A DNA stretch of 64,000 nt, taken from a plasmid. This document shows positions 40,681 to 49,805 of the stretch, one piece after another (the first letter of the stretch is position 1; every line of letters begins with the position of its first letter). The DNA lies in assembly GCF_056712565.1 (NCBI RefSeq), contig NZ_JBWXXM010000004.1. The stretch is one strand, 5' to 3'. A model generated the notes under the pieces. That model had not been told where the DNA came from, did no database searches, and saw only the letters and a program-made list of their open reading frames with translations. A program made the position numbers and the translations under genes.

Positions 40681-41141
40681 TATGCCGCCCTTACGATATA
40701 ATTAAAGGCAATATTACGAGGACGGTTTTCATTAGCTGTTGGCACGACACGAGAGGCGTCGAATCCAAGGTCATCGGTTTTGCCTATATCAGTTGTGTTA
40801 TTCGGCATTCTCGCAGATCGTGTTCCTGCATCATAAAAAGCCCCTCTGATTGCATCAAAAGACATGCCAATCCCGCCATCTGCGAACCCCTCAATATTTC
40901 TTATTGCATCCCCCTGTGAAGATAATAATTGTCGCCCGGCATCCACACCACGTCCGTCATCCCAGCCACGAATAAATTCACCGCGTAAATCCGGCAATTT
41001 ATTAGTAGGGTAAACCTTTGCCAGATTTGGGTACTTTTCAGAAGAAAATGCTGCTCCGTTACATTTCAGCCACCCCGTTGGCGGAGTGGCTGAGGGCCAC
41101 GGAACAGGTACGCCAACAGGCAATGCTGAGCCTTCCCCCAA
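40680..41141 (-). CDS. silent tail-fibre C-terminal cassette tfc-8
   Basis: 153-aa; conserved head and tail, unique core. Confidence 0.65.
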   Translation of the reverse strand: MGEGSALPVGVPVPWPSATPPTGWLKCNGAAFSSEKYPNLAKVYPTNKLPDLRGEFIRGWDDGRGVDAGRQLLSSQGDAIRNIEGFADGGIGMSFDAIRGAFYDAGTRSARMPNNTTDIGKTDDLGFDASRVVPTANENRPRNIAFNYIVRAA

Positions 41142-41152
41142 ACCAACGTTTT
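41128..41152 (-). other. crossover site xs-8
   Basis: Plus strand gagccttcccccaaaccaacgtttt. Confidence 0.55.
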
Positions 41153-41505
41153 TATGTGGCCCTTACAATGTAATTAAAAGCAACGTTGCGGGGGCGCATT
41201 GATATCCATGCCCCGGTAAAATTATCCTCTGCCGTCCTTTGAGTGCCTGTTATGGAGTTATCTGATGATGCTGGAACATAATCGCTATTATCTCCTGCTT
41301 TAGGATTAGCAGGGTTTCCAACAGTTATAACAGAATCAGCAGCGATACCTACTTTGACATTAGTAGTCAGATCGACACCGTAATAATCCTGCAAAGCTGT
41401 ACGAATAAATGTTGCAGTCTGACCACTTAGCAATGAACGCCCTGTATCAATCCCTCTCGAATCATCCCAACCACGGATAAACTCACCGCGTAAATCAGGT
41501 AATTT
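41152..41505 (-). CDS. distal part of the tail-fibre cassette now in expression position (tfc-9), in frame with S but separated from it by a TAA at 41506-41508
   Basis: Frame continues from the S stop: *KLPDLRGEFIRGWDDSRGIDTGRSLLSGQTATFIR...SMRPRNVAFNYIVRAT. Confidence 0.55.
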   Translation of the reverse strand, partial: KLPDLRGEFIRGWDDSRGIDTGRSLLSGQTATFIRTALQDYYGVDLTTNVKVGIAADSVITVGNPANPKAGDNSDYVPASSDNSITGTQRTAEDNFTGAWISMRPRNVAFNYIVRAT

Positions 41506-43155
41506 TTACGTGGGGTAAACCTTTGCCAGATTTGGGTACTTTTCAGAAGAAAATGCTGCTCCGTTACATTTCAGCCACCCCGTTGGTGGTGTGGCGGAGG
41601 GCCATGGAACAGGTACACCAACGGGCAGCGCCGAGCCTTCCCCTAAACCAAGGTAATCAAGAACGCTATGAATACTGGTCTTACCAAGAATGGCGCGTCC
41701 AACACTTGTCAATGCAGTTAACGCGGCACGATCAACACCTGTGAAATAAGGGAGTTTATCTGCTGCTGTAGCTAGTGCCGCTAGAGCAGTGAGCGTAGCG
41801 TCTGCCGCTTGCTTTCCATTAGCCAAATCATATGCAGCCTTGACAGCTTTCGGTGTGGCGGCCAGCACTTCAGACGTGCTGTTAGTGGCACTACTGAGCT
41901 GAGTGATGCCTTTCGCTGTCAATGAAGCTGTTGGCACACCAGTGATCTGATTCCAGGGATGTGTATGACTGGATGGTGCCTTTCCGGCTGCTAGATCGTA
42001 TGCAGCTTTAACCGCTTTTGGAGTTGCAGCTAATGTTTCAGAAGTGCTGTTGGTGTCGCTACTGAGCTGAACTATCCCTTTTTGTGTCGTGGTTGCATCC
42101 TGGGCTGTATACTTCCCGTTAGCCAAATCATATGCAGCCTTGACAGCTTTCGGTGTGGCGGCCAGCACTTCGGACGTACTGTTAGTGGCACTACTGAGCT
42201 GAGTGATGCCTTTCGCTGTCAATGAAGCTGTTGGCACACCAGTGATCTGATTCCAGGGATGTGTATGACTGGATGGTGCCTTTCCGGCTGCTAGATCGTA
42301 TGCAGCTTTAACCGCTTTTGGAGTTGCAGCTAATCTGTTGGTGTCGCTACTGAGCTGAACTATCCCTTTTTGTGTCGTGGTTGCATCCTGGGCTGTATAC
42401 TTCCCGTTAGCCAAATCATATGCAGCCTTGACAGCTTTCGGTGTGGCGGCCAGCACTTCGGACGTACTGTTAGTGGCACTACTGAGCTGAACTAATCCCT
42501 TTTGCGTTGTGCTTGCATCCTGCGCCGTATACTTGCTTTTCGCCAGATCGTAGGCTTTTTTAACTGCCAGCGAACTCGCAGCAACATCACTTCTGGTACT
42601 GGTTACAGAGTCTGAAATATCAATGCCGATCGTGCGGTTGATACGCTCGGATGTATCAATCATCTCTTGAGTAATGGTAGATACGCCAGCAGGGATATTC
42701 ACCGTACAAACCAGCAGTTCCCCATCACCTAACTGATATGAATCGGTATAGGTTCTGGCAACAAATTCAGCTGCATGAATATGTGACGCGGTATTAACCT
42801 GATAGGTATCTTCTCCAAGAAGGTATCTTCCCTTCAGCACAATTGCATATTTCTTGCCTGCGTTAAGTGCAAGAGAGATATCCTTACGATGCTGAATAGT
42901 TACCTGGTAGAATTCACCAATATCCACTGACGCCGCGCCAGCGGTTTTATCTCCATCCACTGAGGTGATTAACAGGTTCATCCCACCGCCAGGCTTAGGC
43001 AAGAAACCAGCATAAAATCCCGGGTCAACAATTCCCCTGAATTTTCGGTTTAGAGCGGCTGACAGATATGGTTCGTGGTATTGCACATCAGCCACCAGAG
43101 CCAACGACTCGGGTGATGGGTAAGTAACCGATGTAACAACTGTAACGTCATTCAT
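41506..43155 (-). CDS. tail fibre protein S (constant N-terminal part plus start of the expressed cassette), ends at an in-frame ochre codon inside the conserved cassette head
   Basis: Start MNDVTVV behind AAGGA; internal repeats of the phage tail-fibre repeat motif (SSATNSTSEVLAATPKAVKAAYDLA); ends ...LGEGSALPVGVPVPWPSATPPTGWLKCNGAAFSSEKYPNLAKVYPT*. Confidence 0.7.
   Translation of the reverse strand: MNDVTVVTSVTYPSPESLALVADVQYHEPYLSAALNRKFRGIVDPGFYAGFLPKPGGGMNLLITSVDGDKTAGAASVDIGEFYQVTIQHRKDISLALNAGKKYAIVLKGRYLLGEDTYQVNTASHIHAAEFVARTYTDSYQLGDGELLVCTVNIPAGVSTITQEMIDTSERINRTIGIDISDSVTSTRSDVAASSLAVKKAYDLAKSKYTAQDASTTQKGLVQLSSATNSTSEVLAATPKAVKAAYDLANGKYTAQDATTTQKGIVQLSSDTNRLAATPKAVKAAYDLAAGKAPSSHTHPWNQITGVPTASLTAKGITQLSSATNSTSEVLAATPKAVKAAYDLANGKYTAQDATTTQKGIVQLSSDTNSTSETLAATPKAVKAAYDLAAGKAPSSHTHPWNQITGVPTASLTAKGITQLSSATNSTSEVLAATPKAVKAAYDLANGKQAADATLTALAALATAADKLPYFTGVDRAALTALTSVGRAILGKTSIHSVLDYLGLGEGSALPVGVPVPWPSATPPTGWLKCNGAAFSSEKYPNLAKVYPT
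41633..41658 (-). other. crossover site xs-9 inside S (constant/variable junction)
   Basis: Plus strand gagccttcccctaaaccaaggtaatc; core ACCTTGGTTTAGG, reverse-complement-symmetric around TT like Hin/Gin/Cin-family sites. Confidence 0.55.
41815..42530. repeat. about 300-bp tandem direct repeats (2.4 copies) inside S
   Basis: 41821-42120 and 42121-42405 nearly identical (second copy lacks 15 bp near 42336), third partial copy to about 42530. Confidence 0.7.
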
Positions 43156-43166
43156 CAAGCATATCC

Positions 43167-43601
43167 TTATGCTGTAGTCGAGTTTATGGCCATAACTGCG
43201 GTATATGTTTTGCCCACATACAGCGAGTCTTCCTGGACACAAATAATGGCGATTGGCTTATTCTCGTTATCCAGAACAACCAGAGTGTTGAATGGGTAGT
43301 TTTTCCCTTCCTGCAACTGACTTTGATCAAGGTCCATTCGGACAGTAATTATCCCGCCTGAGTAGGTTGGGACGAGGTTGATGGTGCAAAATTGACTGGT
43401 CAGTTCTGCCAGATCGAAAGCCTTTGGCAGTTCTCCAATCTCATAAGTGCCATCTCCTTTCTTAGTAACCAGTGAACTGGTACCGAAAACGGCCTTGCTG
43501 ATTAAAAATCGAGAGCCTTTGTTAATGGACGATTCAGCGCGCCGCTGATAGTAATAGTCCAACAACTGACTCTTATAGAGGTTTGTTGAGACGTCAGACA
43601 T
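43167..43601 (-). CDS. tail fibre-associated protein (R-position), 144 aa
   Basis: Immediately upstream of S on the same strand; synteny. Confidence 0.45.
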   Translation of the reverse strand: MSDVSTNLYKSQLLDYYYQRRAESSINKGSRFLISKAVFGTSSLVTKKGDGTYEIGELPKAFDLAELTSQFCTINLVPTYSGGIITVRMDLDQSQLQEGKNYPFNTLVVLDNENKPIAIICVQEDSLYVGKTYTAVMAINSTTA

Positions 43602-43679
43602 GATTTTCCCTAATCAATGTTGTGAAGCCTCATTGTAAGATAAGTAACTTGTCACCCCGCCCTGCGGACGGGGTGATTG

Positions 43680-44519
43680 TCACGCATCGCTATCCAACAG
43701 CAAATCATCTGCGCGGGTGCGATCAAACGTAGGCGTTGCTTTCACAATAGTGCCGCCCGGCGTTGCAGTGATCGGGGCGTTAATCGACGTAACTTCAGTA
43801 AGCGAAGTTGTATCCGAAGTTTCAAACCAGCAGAATGCTTTTTCGGTATCAGAAATCTCATTCAAAGTGATCATGTCGGCCTGTTCATTTACAACAACCG
43901 ACAAATAGAGCGTAAGCCCATCAAACACTATATGCAGTGGCAGTAGAGGCTTTACGAACTGATTAAACTTTCTGAGAATTTCTTCTGTAATTGCGGACTG
44001 ATCTATCGTTCCAGTAATACCCATTGTCCGGGCCAGGTCGTTTATGGGAATACTGATCATTCCTCTGGAAGTCAGAAACATCTCGCCGAATGTGCCGCCG
44101 GTGGTTTCCAGTGTGCTTTCTGGAATCAGGACCGTGCCATAGGGATGACGTTCAAAGTCCACCGGAGCATATATGGGATCCCATAAAACCGATATACCGT
44201 TAAATTCGCGATAAATTGTCTGGTTTATAGGGCGTTCAGTACCCTTAAAATGGATCTCATCAAACCGCTGTTGTAACAACATCGGAACGGAAGATGAATT
44301 CGACGTTCTGATAGTAAAAAACTGGCCAAGTTCATTTGTCCTAGTCTCCAGATCCTCCTTGCTCATGGAGAAAATAGACTTCCGGTTGGTAATTCGCTCC
44401 AACCATGGGTCAACAAAGGTGTCCATCATTGACTGAACCAAATCAGCCAATGATTTATAAAGTAATGACTTTTGCTTAGCTGATGTAAGCCGGTTATTAA
44501 ACCAGGAACGCTGCATCAC
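43680..44519 (-). CDS. baseplate/tail structural protein (gene 16-position), 279 aa
   Basis: ORF track; synteny within tail gene block. Confidence 0.4.
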   Translation of the reverse strand: MMQRSWFNNRLTSAKQKSLLYKSLADLVQSMMDTFVDPWLERITNRKSIFSMSKEDLETRTNELGQFFTIRTSNSSSVPMLLQQRFDEIHFKGTERPINQTIYREFNGISVLWDPIYAPVDFERHPYGTVLIPESTLETTGGTFGEMFLTSRGMISIPINDLARTMGITGTIDQSAITEEILRKFNQFVKPLLPLHIVFDGLTLYLSVVVNEQADMITLNEISDTEKAFCWFETSDTTSLTEVTSINAPITATPGGTIVKATPTFDRTRADDLLLDSDA

Positions 44520-45949
44520 TCCTCCTCATACGAAATATTAAAGGTGGAGTTTTCTGTATCCAGATAAACGAAATCGTAAAAGCCGTTGGACTCATTCCAC
44601 TCGACAAATTCCAGATAAAAGTCGCGGAAATAACCCAGCGTTTCGATAAATGCCCAAGCGTCTTTTTTCTTGATTAGGATGTACTTGCCGACACGGTTCG
44701 GATCAAAGAAAGTTGAGTCACGCCCAAATTTTGTTTCCAGTGCCGACTTCAGCTCATCAGTCACGTTCTCAATGGTCAGGCTTGCCGATATCCGCCCAGT
44801 GATGGTGATCTTAAAGGGGAGTTTTCTGACCTCTTTATACGAGAATTTCTTGTTCAACTCATTCGGCACCTTCTTAAAGGCAGCCAGGATCATTTCTTCA
44901 AGCTCTGACTGGCTTTTGTTTGGATGCCATCCTGAAATAAATATCTTATTGATATTCCGAACATTATAAGCACCATCTAATTTCTCTTGCTGGCCTTCGC
45001 CCCATGCCTTTACCCAGGACAGTCCCGGGATGTTACGCACCAGAAAATACGTATAGTCCCCGCCCCATACGACCTGATCATCATAGGCAAGGTAATATTG
45101 TGCACGGTTACGTGTGATCTCCGTTGTTTCGGCATCGGTACCTGCGGTTATAGGTGTCGTTGTCTTAACTGAAATCAAATTAGCTAAATTAGCCGCAGAA
45201 TCGACAGGCGTCAGGTTTTGGCCAGCAACCAGGGTTATATCGCCGTTGGTGCACCATACCTTAAGCGTAATGGTCGAGCCTTCTGGCGGTATTTGCCCAA
45301 TTAGCCCATCACCGAATCGAACCCCCAACTGCTCGGATGGTTTATAAAACTCAACGTAGACCTGGCTTTTACTACCGGCTAACCGGAACATAGTGCTGGA
45401 AGACCACTGCGTGGTCTTACCATCGGTCGTCACGAATACTTCCAGCTTATAGCAGACAGCAGTGAGAGCCTTTGATAACACGACTTCCAGAAATTCTTTG
45501 GCTGCCGTAACGGTATATGTCACCTCCTGGATTTCCAACTGTGCCACTTCTACCGTACCGGTGCCGTCAACCAACCTGCATACATCCATAGTCATGTAAG
45601 GATACTGGTCGTCAGATATTAAAGGCATGTTTTTGGGGATTACCGCTGGGGCATCTTCACTTGTGGCGGTGATCTCAATCATCCCCGATGACGGTGTTGG
45701 CTTGGTACCAACGTAACTATTCGTTTCTGCCGCTGCCAGGATAGAAGAACGCCGCGTCGCGGTCGATATAAAGCCTTCAGCCAGCGCCGCATCGGCATAC
45801 TGAAAGCACCTGTAGACAATCTGGGTAATAAACAATGTCAGCATCGAGACAAATTGAGAGCCGACAAACTTCGACCAGAATGAATCTTTCTCGACAAGCT
45901 CTTCAAACTCTGCACGAATACTGTCTTTAGTAGGTGTTGTTTTACTCAT
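44516..45949 (-). CDS. baseplate protein (bplA-position), 477 aa
   Basis: ORF track; 4-nt overlap coupling with neighbours. Confidence 0.4.
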   Translation of the reverse strand: MSKTTPTKDSIRAEFEELVEKDSFWSKFVGSQFVSMLTLFITQIVYRCFQYADAALAEGFISTATRRSSILAAAETNSYVGTKPTPSSGMIEITATSEDAPAVIPKNMPLISDDQYPYMTMDVCRLVDGTGTVEVAQLEIQEVTYTVTAAKEFLEVVLSKALTAVCYKLEVFVTTDGKTTQWSSSTMFRLAGSKSQVYVEFYKPSEQLGVRFGDGLIGQIPPEGSTITLKVWCTNGDITLVAGQNLTPVDSAANLANLISVKTTTPITAGTDAETTEITRNRAQYYLAYDDQVVWGGDYTYFLVRNIPGLSWVKAWGEGQQEKLDGAYNVRNINKIFISGWHPNKSQSELEEMILAAFKKVPNELNKKFSYKEVRKLPFKITITGRISASLTIENVTDELKSALETKFGRDSTFFDPNRVGKYILIKKKDAWAFIETLGYFRDFYLEFVEWNESNGFYDFVYLDTENSTFNISYEEE

Positions 45950-46305
45950 AGCACCACGTCCTGTGTGATAGTTATATCCCTGATACGAATGGATATTTTC
46001 AACTTATCAAAAGCATCTCCCTCGGCTACTGACAAGCCAGAAATCGGTATGTCGGGTAAATCTACCGTCAGTTTTTGCAAAAGCATTGCCTCAACCGCAA
46101 TTTGAACATGCGACAAGTTGGTCGGTTCGTGTTTAAACTGCGGTAAAACATTGCCCCATGACGGATCTCCGTATACCTCACCCTGATAAGTGTTTAGCCA
46201 CTCATATAAACGAGCGCCCCAGGCCTCCTCCTGGGACTCATACGTTTTTACGCCGGATAACTCCAGCGTCAGCAAAGGATCAATTTCGTTATTGTTGGCC
46301 ATCAA
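45946..46305 (-). CDS. putative morphogenetic protein (pmgA-position), 119 aa
   Basis: ORF track; coupled to sit. Confidence 0.35.
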   Translation of the reverse strand: MMANNNEIDPLLTLELSGVKTYESQEEAWGARLYEWLNTYQGEVYGDPSWGNVLPQFKHEPTNLSHVQIAVEAMLLQKLTVDLPDIPISGLSVAEGDAFDKLKISIRIRDITITQDVVL

Positions 46306-49300
46306 TCAACTCTCGCGTAGTCATTCATCAACGGATCATCAATTGACAGTGGCACCGTGCGCATAACGCCCGGTTGAGGCGTGCTGACCTTTACGACAGT
46401 TCCCTGGCCTTTCGCCGAGTCTTTAGTGTGCTCTTCAATCCTGGCAAGCAATGAGGTCATCTGCGCAAACAGCCGCTTCGTTTCACCATCAAGTGAAACG
46501 GTATTATCAGCCAACTGCATTGTCGGCTTGGCACCGGAGCCGCCAAGGTCACTAATAACCTGTCCGTCTATCTGCATACGACCGGTTGGTTGCTGCAAAT
46601 CGTTGGCGGCAGTCGTCACCTGGGACGTGGAGGCTGGTTCAGGCGCATTATTTTTCCGCATCCCCGGCGAGTTGCGGAGTTTATCAAATAGTCCATCAAT
46701 CCCCATTTGTGCGCCGAGTTGGTCAAAGTAACTTGAGTTGCTGGCCACCGGACGCGCCTCTTCAACTGGCATCTGAGTATCAACATACACATTGCCAGCT
46801 GCTGTTGCGGTCCCCTTCCCTCGTGCACGTTCTTCGAGCGTTCCCTGAACGACTTCCCGACGCATACCCCGGCCATTCATGAATTTGTTGACCAGATCGT
46901 TAACGCCAACAGCATTGCCAATTTTGTCTACCAGACCGCCTTTCTCAAACGGGCTATCACCAGGGGTAAACGCCAGGCCAGTAGACTGATCGATAACAGC
47001 GTTATCAGGCAGTGGTCCCCTCACTCCATATTGCGCCCCACCCTGTGCTCCTGCTCCAGGTGTATAGATTTCACCACCTAAATAGCGAGCACGATGAGTA
47101 TTGACCTTGATCGCGTACTCACGGTTTTCTTTCGATAAGTCACCTGTGCCTTTTTTCCACTTATTAATAGTGCCAAACCCAGCGTTATATGCAGTGATGG
47201 CCTCGTTTAAGTCTCCATTGGCTTGCTTCAGATACTTGCTCATGAGAAGAGCCGCAGCTTCTGCCGATTTTTCCGGATTAAAAGAATCTTCCCGGGATAA
47301 TCCAGTTTCCTCACGAGCAACGCGCGTAAACTGGAACATCCCGAGTGCGCCACCACTTAACTTTCCATCTGGTGATCTTGTAAGCGGAGACTTTGCGTTA
47401 GGATCCCCTCCTGATTCAGTTGCAGCAATCGCGTAAAGAGTGCCTTCAGGAAGACCATATTTATTCTCTAGTTCAGCAAAATACGGAGCTAACTTATCGA
47501 GATTTGCCTTACCTTCAGCGCCAAGGCTTCCGACTTTTACATCTAAGTTGCCATTATTGTAGGTATCAGCAGCTTTCTGAATGTCATTCCCAGTGCCGGT
47601 GGTATTACGCGACGATGATGACGAGCTATTTTGTCCAATAGCTGAATCAATTTTCCGCACCGCGCTATTGCCCATTTCTACGGCATTTGCATTGATAATC
47701 TGATTGGCAGTTTCTTTAACTGTTTTATTGCTATCTTTCGCCGTGTCCAGTGCCGCATTTATCACGCGGGTAGCAATATTAGTCTGTTTAGCATCGGATT
47801 CAGTTTTAGAATCAGATGTCTCCTGGTGGCTATTAACCGGAGCTTTTAACTCTGGAGTGATTTCTTTTGCATTAGCCTCGCCGATCGGATTGGGTATTTT
47901 TGATACAATCATTGCCGCAGGGGTATTTTTAACGGCATCAACCGCTGCATCTAATGCTTTACCGGGTAAATTTTTAACCCCATCCCAAATATTACCAGCC
48001 GCCTCTTTAATGTGTTTCCCTGGGTTCTTAATGAAGTCAATTGCACTATCAATTGCATCACTGAAAACCTGTTTCAGGTTATCGACAGTAAAGAAGTCTT
48101 TGATGGCATCCAGCTTTTCAAGCAACTTATTAGATGTATCGCTAAACCATGCTGAAACAGCATCACCAATCTTTGCTGTGTAATCATCGAACTTGGTAGA
48201 AATGGTGTCGCCAAGGTTAGAAATATATGTTTCTAAGTTGGTAACCCCGCTATCAATGGCCTGGGCAATACTTTCCGTCGAAAATGATTGCAACATATTG
48301 CCGATATCCTCAAATCCAAGTGATTTGAGAACATCACCAATAGCACTGCTAATACCAGATACCAGTCCCCCCAAATCAAGAACATTGGCTAACGTATAAG
48401 CGGCTTTTTGCTGGAATGATGGATCTTGTCCTGATTTAAGCCCAAACGCTCGACGTTGCGCTTCTGTATCATTCCAACCGGTTACCGCATCATAAATACC
48501 TCCAGCCACTGTGCCGACTAGGGGAATTGCGCGTAACGCCCCTTTACCAACTGCCTTTAATCCAAGTTTACCTGCTGCCCGGGCAGCCAAATCTCCGCCT
48601 TCATGGGCGAGAGTCTTCTTGCCCCCACCGCGTAGCATTCCTACGAGTCTCTTTGCCCCCAGAGCGCCAAAAGCGAGTGCTCCAGCTTTTTTCAGCATGC
48701 CACGCCCCATTAACAACGACGCGACGCCACCGGCCCCCTTCCCTAACAGGCTAAATAGTTTAGACAGCAAGCCGCCCTTCTTTTTCCCGGTGTTTTTGGC
48801 TATCTGATCAAGGGCGCTGAGAATCTTGTCATTGCCCTCTTTAATTTCGCTGGTCTGCTCCTGAAGTTCCTGAACCGTCCGTTTTTGGGTGTTAACCTGA
48901 ACGACATCGGCACTATTTTGCGATTTACGCCTAAAAAAACCTTTTCTACGGCTGTTATCGTCATTGCCACGAATCACATCGGCAATAGACTTTCTGGCAC
49001 CATTAAGCGATCCACCAACTTCTTTTGATATCCCGCCAAGCTCCTTCCCTGCTGCCCACAATGGACCAGCAACAGCATAACCTAACGCATCGACGGCACG
49101 AGTCTCTGAAGGGTTACCTATGCCTTCAGCTACTTTTGACAGTTTTTTTAATAAACCTGATTCAGCATTTAGACGCTCATCATCCTCTTTGCGCCTGGCC
49201 TTTTCAGCACGTTCAGCACGGGCATCTTCCGCTGCGGCCTTACTCCCTGACTTTCCAATAAAACGACCACGCGCATCGCGTTGGTTTTGGCTTTTTTGCG

Positions 49301-49724
49301 CACCGCCTTTTTGACCGAACATTTCGCGAGCGTGTTCGGCTGCTTCGGTCCGTTGCGCCTTTACATCTTCTGTTATAGCCTTCTTGCGTCGTTTTTTACC
49401 CTTTCGCGTAGTTGATTTGGCCTGCGGTTCCTGTAGAGCAACATCCTCCTGAACTACACGAGAAACGTCCCCTAAATTAAGCCGTTTCATTGCCTCAACA
49501 ATAGGGTCCACTGATGGCGCATTGGCCACAAAGTCTGGCCGGGAATTTTCGATTGTGCGATTTAATGCCGACACACTGCGAGAGACAGGATCAACAGTTG
49601 CAACGCGTCCCCCTTTCAAATCTTCAACAGCTTCCCGGATACCTGCAAGCTCTTCCAGCTCTTTTGCGCTGGCGGTTTCAACCGTCCTTATCACATCGTC
49701 AATGTTGGCGTTTTTTCTTTCCAT
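46302..49724 (-). CDS. sit: Sit, tape-measure-like structural injection transglycosylase
   Basis: 1140-aa product (length of P1 Sit); soluble lytic transglycosylase motif AIAATESGGDPNAKSPLTRSPDGKLSGGALGMFQF; Ala/Gly/Lys-rich repetitive N-terminal half. Confidence 0.75.
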   Translation of the reverse strand: MERKNANIDDVIRTVETASAKELEELAGIREAVEDLKGGRVATVDPVSRSVSALNRTIENSRPDFVANAPSVDPIVEAMKRLNLGDVSRVVQEDVALQEPQAKSTTRKGKKRRKKAITEDVKAQRTEAAEHAREMFGQKGGAQKSQNQRDARGRFIGKSGSKAAAEDARAERAEKARRKEDDERLNAESGLLKKLSKVAEGIGNPSETRAVDALGYAVAGPLWAAGKELGGISKEVGGSLNGARKSIADVIRGNDDNSRRKGFFRRKSQNSADVVQVNTQKRTVQELQEQTSEIKEGNDKILSALDQIAKNTGKKKGGLLSKLFSLLGKGAGGVASLLMGRGMLKKAGALAFGALGAKRLVGMLRGGGKKTLAHEGGDLAARAAGKLGLKAVGKGALRAIPLVGTVAGGIYDAVTGWNDTEAQRRAFGLKSGQDPSFQQKAAYTLANVLDLGGLVSGISSAIGDVLKSLGFEDIGNMLQSFSTESIAQAIDSGVTNLETYISNLGDTISTKFDDYTAKIGDAVSAWFSDTSNKLLEKLDAIKDFFTVDNLKQVFSDAIDSAIDFIKNPGKHIKEAAGNIWDGVKNLPGKALDAAVDAVKNTPAAMIVSKIPNPIGEANAKEITPELKAPVNSHQETSDSKTESDAKQTNIATRVINAALDTAKDSNKTVKETANQIINANAVEMGNSAVRKIDSAIGQNSSSSSSRNTTGTGNDIQKAADTYNNGNLDVKVGSLGAEGKANLDKLAPYFAELENKYGLPEGTLYAIAATESGGDPNAKSPLTRSPDGKLSGGALGMFQFTRVAREETGLSREDSFNPEKSAEAAALLMSKYLKQANGDLNEAITAYNAGFGTINKWKKGTGDLSKENREYAIKVNTHRARYLGGEIYTPGAGAQGGAQYGVRGPLPDNAVIDQSTGLAFTPGDSPFEKGGLVDKIGNAVGVNDLVNKFMNGRGMRREVVQGTLEERARGKGTATAAGNVYVDTQMPVEEARPVASNSSYFDQLGAQMGIDGLFDKLRNSPGMRKNNAPEPASTSQVTTAANDLQQPTGRMQIDGQVISDLGGSGAKPTMQLADNTVSLDGETKRLFAQMTSLLARIEEHTKDSAKGQGTVVKVSTPQPGVMRTVPLSIDDPLMNDYARVD

Positions 49725-49805
49725 GATCTTATCGCCTACCGCTTCGGTTTAAGTTTTTCTTCCAGTTTCTCCAACAGGAAAAACGCATAGGATTCAGTGA
49801 GCCTT

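Noticed and set aside
36690-41660. Regularly spaced repeats that could be mistaken for a CRISPR array
   Set aside because: Repeat units are about 480-bp coding cassettes with conserved 200-bp heads and 45-bp tails in both orientations, not 25-40-bp direct repeats with spacers; no cas genes.
46381-49752. Plus-strand ORFs antisense to sit
   Set aside because: Low-complexity Ala/Ser/Pro-rich translations mirroring the Ala/Gly/Lys-rich Sit repeats on the opposite strand.
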